64,000 nucleotides of DNA from Convolutriloba macropyga (lineage: Eukaryota): NCBI RefSeq assembly GCF_964194025.1, contig NC_134469.1:38378001-38442000 (forward strand), in the 5' to 3' direction. This document shows, one piece after another, positions 61,954 to 64,000 of this stretch. The position numbers were made by a program, and so were the translations under genes. The notes below the pieces were generated by a model. That model saw nothing but the letters and a program-made list of their open reading frames with translations, searched no databases and was not told the DNA's origin. Each line of letters starts with the position of its first letter. Position 1 is the first letter of the stretch.

Positions 61954-62719
61954 ACAACCCGAAAATTTTATAAACTCTAGTGTCGTTGTTCCACATGTAG
62001 TGCAGTACGCCTTCACGCACCCAGGCACTTTTGATGCGGTTGTCAGTTTTCATAACATTCAAGAAGTTCAATCTGGGTCTGGTGATATCCTCGACCACAC
62101 TTATATATTTCATATCGTCCACCTCTGCTAGCTTCTTTTTCTTCTTCAGAAGGTCCAGTTTTGCCACCCTTCTATTGAACTTCACAATGATAGGATTGCG
62201 TTTTCCAGGCAGGCGATGAGCAATTGAAATGTCTGAGGCCTCAACAACTGATTCGACTCGATCAATGACTTCCAGGACTTTGTCAATAGTCTCAGTGTAC
62301 TCTTCACGTGTTTTGCCCTCGTCCATTTTCAGATTGAAAATTTTTACATTATCTCGCCTGTTGTACGACTCGTGCACATCACTTTCCGACAGTGTTTTCA
62401 AGTAGCATCTATTTTCGAGGTCGACCATTTCTGTTTTGACTTGTTGTTTAAAAGTCGCCAGGGAATCTTGGACAGCACGTGTGATTGATGCTTCAAGTTG
62501 CTGTTGCATTTGAGCCATGATGTCGGGAATGGCATTTCTAATGGCATTTTGAATAATAGCTTCTAGGTTGGCGTCGGGGTTTTCGGTTAAAGGACTCAAT
62601 TCCGTACAGCCTCGCTTGGGCCCTTTTGCAACCGGAGTTCTTCCCAGATAGCTCAAAGGAGGAGGGATAGTTTGATACGCTTGGCTGTGGCTGTTTTGGT
62701 GTCCATTTGTCATCATCAT
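61859..62719 (-). CDS. LINE ORF1 (coiled coil plus RRM-like nucleic-acid chaperone), 286 aa
   Basis: Heptad-like region, then ESYNRRDNVKIFNL, DISIAHRL, PIIVKF, EDITR and AWVREG motifs. The ATG at 62719 (MMMTNG) was chosen as the start. Confidence 0.85.
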   Translation of the reverse strand: MMMTNGHQNSHSQAYQTIPPPLSYLGRTPVAKGPKRGCTELSPLTENPDANLEAIIQNAIRNAIPDIMAQMQQQLEASITRAVQDSLATFKQQVKTEMVDLENRCYLKTLSESDVHESYNRRDNVKIFNLKMDEGKTREEYTETIDKVLEVIDRVESVVEASDISIAHRLPGKRNPIIVKFNRRVAKLDLLKKKKKLAEVDDMKYISVVEDITRPRLNFLNVMKTDNRIKSAWVREGVLHYMWNNDTRVYKIFGLYEVGSVLNYPLSDVFACFNGVFPPNNNSQVS

Positions 62720-64000
62720 TGCCAATATGAAACTATTTAATAAGTTTATCACAACAATTAGGCTAATACACTGCCGTTTCTCAGAGAACTTCCGTTTATA
62801 CATGTAAAACTGATAAAAAAAGTGCAACTCGGAAACTAAAATTTGATTATTTTTCCCAACCAACAGATTGCATGCTTGAAAGAGGTAAAAACTATTTTTG
62901 TAAAAGCTATTTGGAGAATGGCTGTAACTTGTTATCAAATAGGCTTTGATATCTCGAGAACGTTGATCACATGAACCAAAGTATCTTGAATCAATTTACA
63001 TTTTTACGTCAATATCAATTTTTACGTCTTTAGATTAGCGATGTATTATGAGCAAAGAAAAAGCGCATTTTTTGGCGTTCACTTCTGTACTGCAAAGTGC
63101 ATTGGTTAATATCCAATCCATCGCTAGAATTGAATTCTGTAATCAAAATGACGCCCCTTTAGAGCAGTCAAAATTGATCCCAAAGTTTTCCCCAAACCAA
63201 TCTTCTTCACACTTGAATTCATGCAGAACATTAGTTCCAATGAGTTAAGTTCTCATCACTATTGGCATATCCTTAGGATTTCTATTCAATTAGACCAAAC
63301 CAAAAAAGTCGTATTACAACAATGACTACTAGAGACTGTGTTGTTATAGTTTGAGTTTGTTGTTTTTGTATCTGTCAACCAAATCAAAATTTGAACATTG
63401 ATTCTGATACAAACGAATATAATCAGGGATGCTAAATACTGAAGATGGGTTCCTTTCCTGTAGTGACGTCGTTCGGGGTGCAATTTATCGATCAGGTGAT
63501 CAAATCTTTAAGGACGAATCTCAAAACCTTTATCTGAGATTTTACCCCATTCTTAAGCCTTCAAATTGGCCTTGCAATTGTTGCCGCAGTAATTTTCACA
63601 TGCCCAGAACGAAACATTAATTTCCCTAGAACTTTGAAATATTTCTTCCGTCGTGTAAGTAAAACTGACAAGGAATTGCTTGTCGCATTTAAGGCAAGTT
63701 GTCACAGTGAAAACGCCTGACAAAAGATTTAGATCTAAATTTATTGTCCAAATTTCCCCTTCAAAATTTTTCTTCAGGTCTTTAGGTCACATGGTTACCT
63801 GCGCAATGATCAGTATTCTTTACTGGCAATCTCCTCTCTCGAGTAAAGTTTGCAAATGCCTTGGTAGTATTGGTCACTGTTGCTTCAAATTCAATCTCAG
63901 TTCTACTACTTGTTTGCTTTTTAAACCATAGTTTCTATTAGGTCTCTACTTCCTACAAATTCAAACGGAGTAGGAAACAGAAGCTTAATTGGAACCTTTT

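Larger units (their letters stand above)
58030..62800 (-). mobile_element. Near full-length CR1/L2-group LINE
   Basis: ORF1 plus APE plus RT. The 3' UTR ends AATAAA followed by a (TTTC)n tail at 58030-58054. The 5' boundary is approximate and no TSD was found. Confidence 0.92.

Noticed and set aside
62720-62938. N-terminal 73-aa extension of LINE ORF1
   Set aside because: It begins at a non-ATG codon in AT-rich 5' UTR or flank, and the ATG at 62719 is more plausible.

Overview
AT-rich animal (metazoan) genomic DNA with one 200-N assembly gap (1698-1897). It contains one host gene: a KDM3/JMJD1-family JmjC histone demethylase on the + strand. I reconstructed it as 10 GT-AG-bounded coding exons with consistent phases (30084-52373, about 1711 aa), with the C6 zinc finger and the HxD...H iron-binding triad intact. 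Most of the rest is transposon-derived. Retroelements: a decayed, gag-deleted Ty3/gypsy LTR element (about 7340-12473, -), a near-intact CR1/L2-group LINE (about 58030-62800, -) broken by a single 1-bp frameshift, a decayed CRE-like non-LTR RT fragment in intron 7, and a 3' LINE fragment in intron 9. DNA elements: two non-coding families with DINE-1/HINE (Helentron-associated) end architecture whose terminal stems co-vary between copies, a foldback element, and a G/C-homopolymer-rich element upstream of KDM3. There are also two multi-kb tandem duplications in which the first copy carries an internal deletion; one junction has an 18-bp templated insertion. I found no evidence for a new enzymatic system. 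The most novel-looking signals are the Helentron-like families and unusual features of the retroelements and KDM3. Family assignments come from motif recognition by eye, not database searches.
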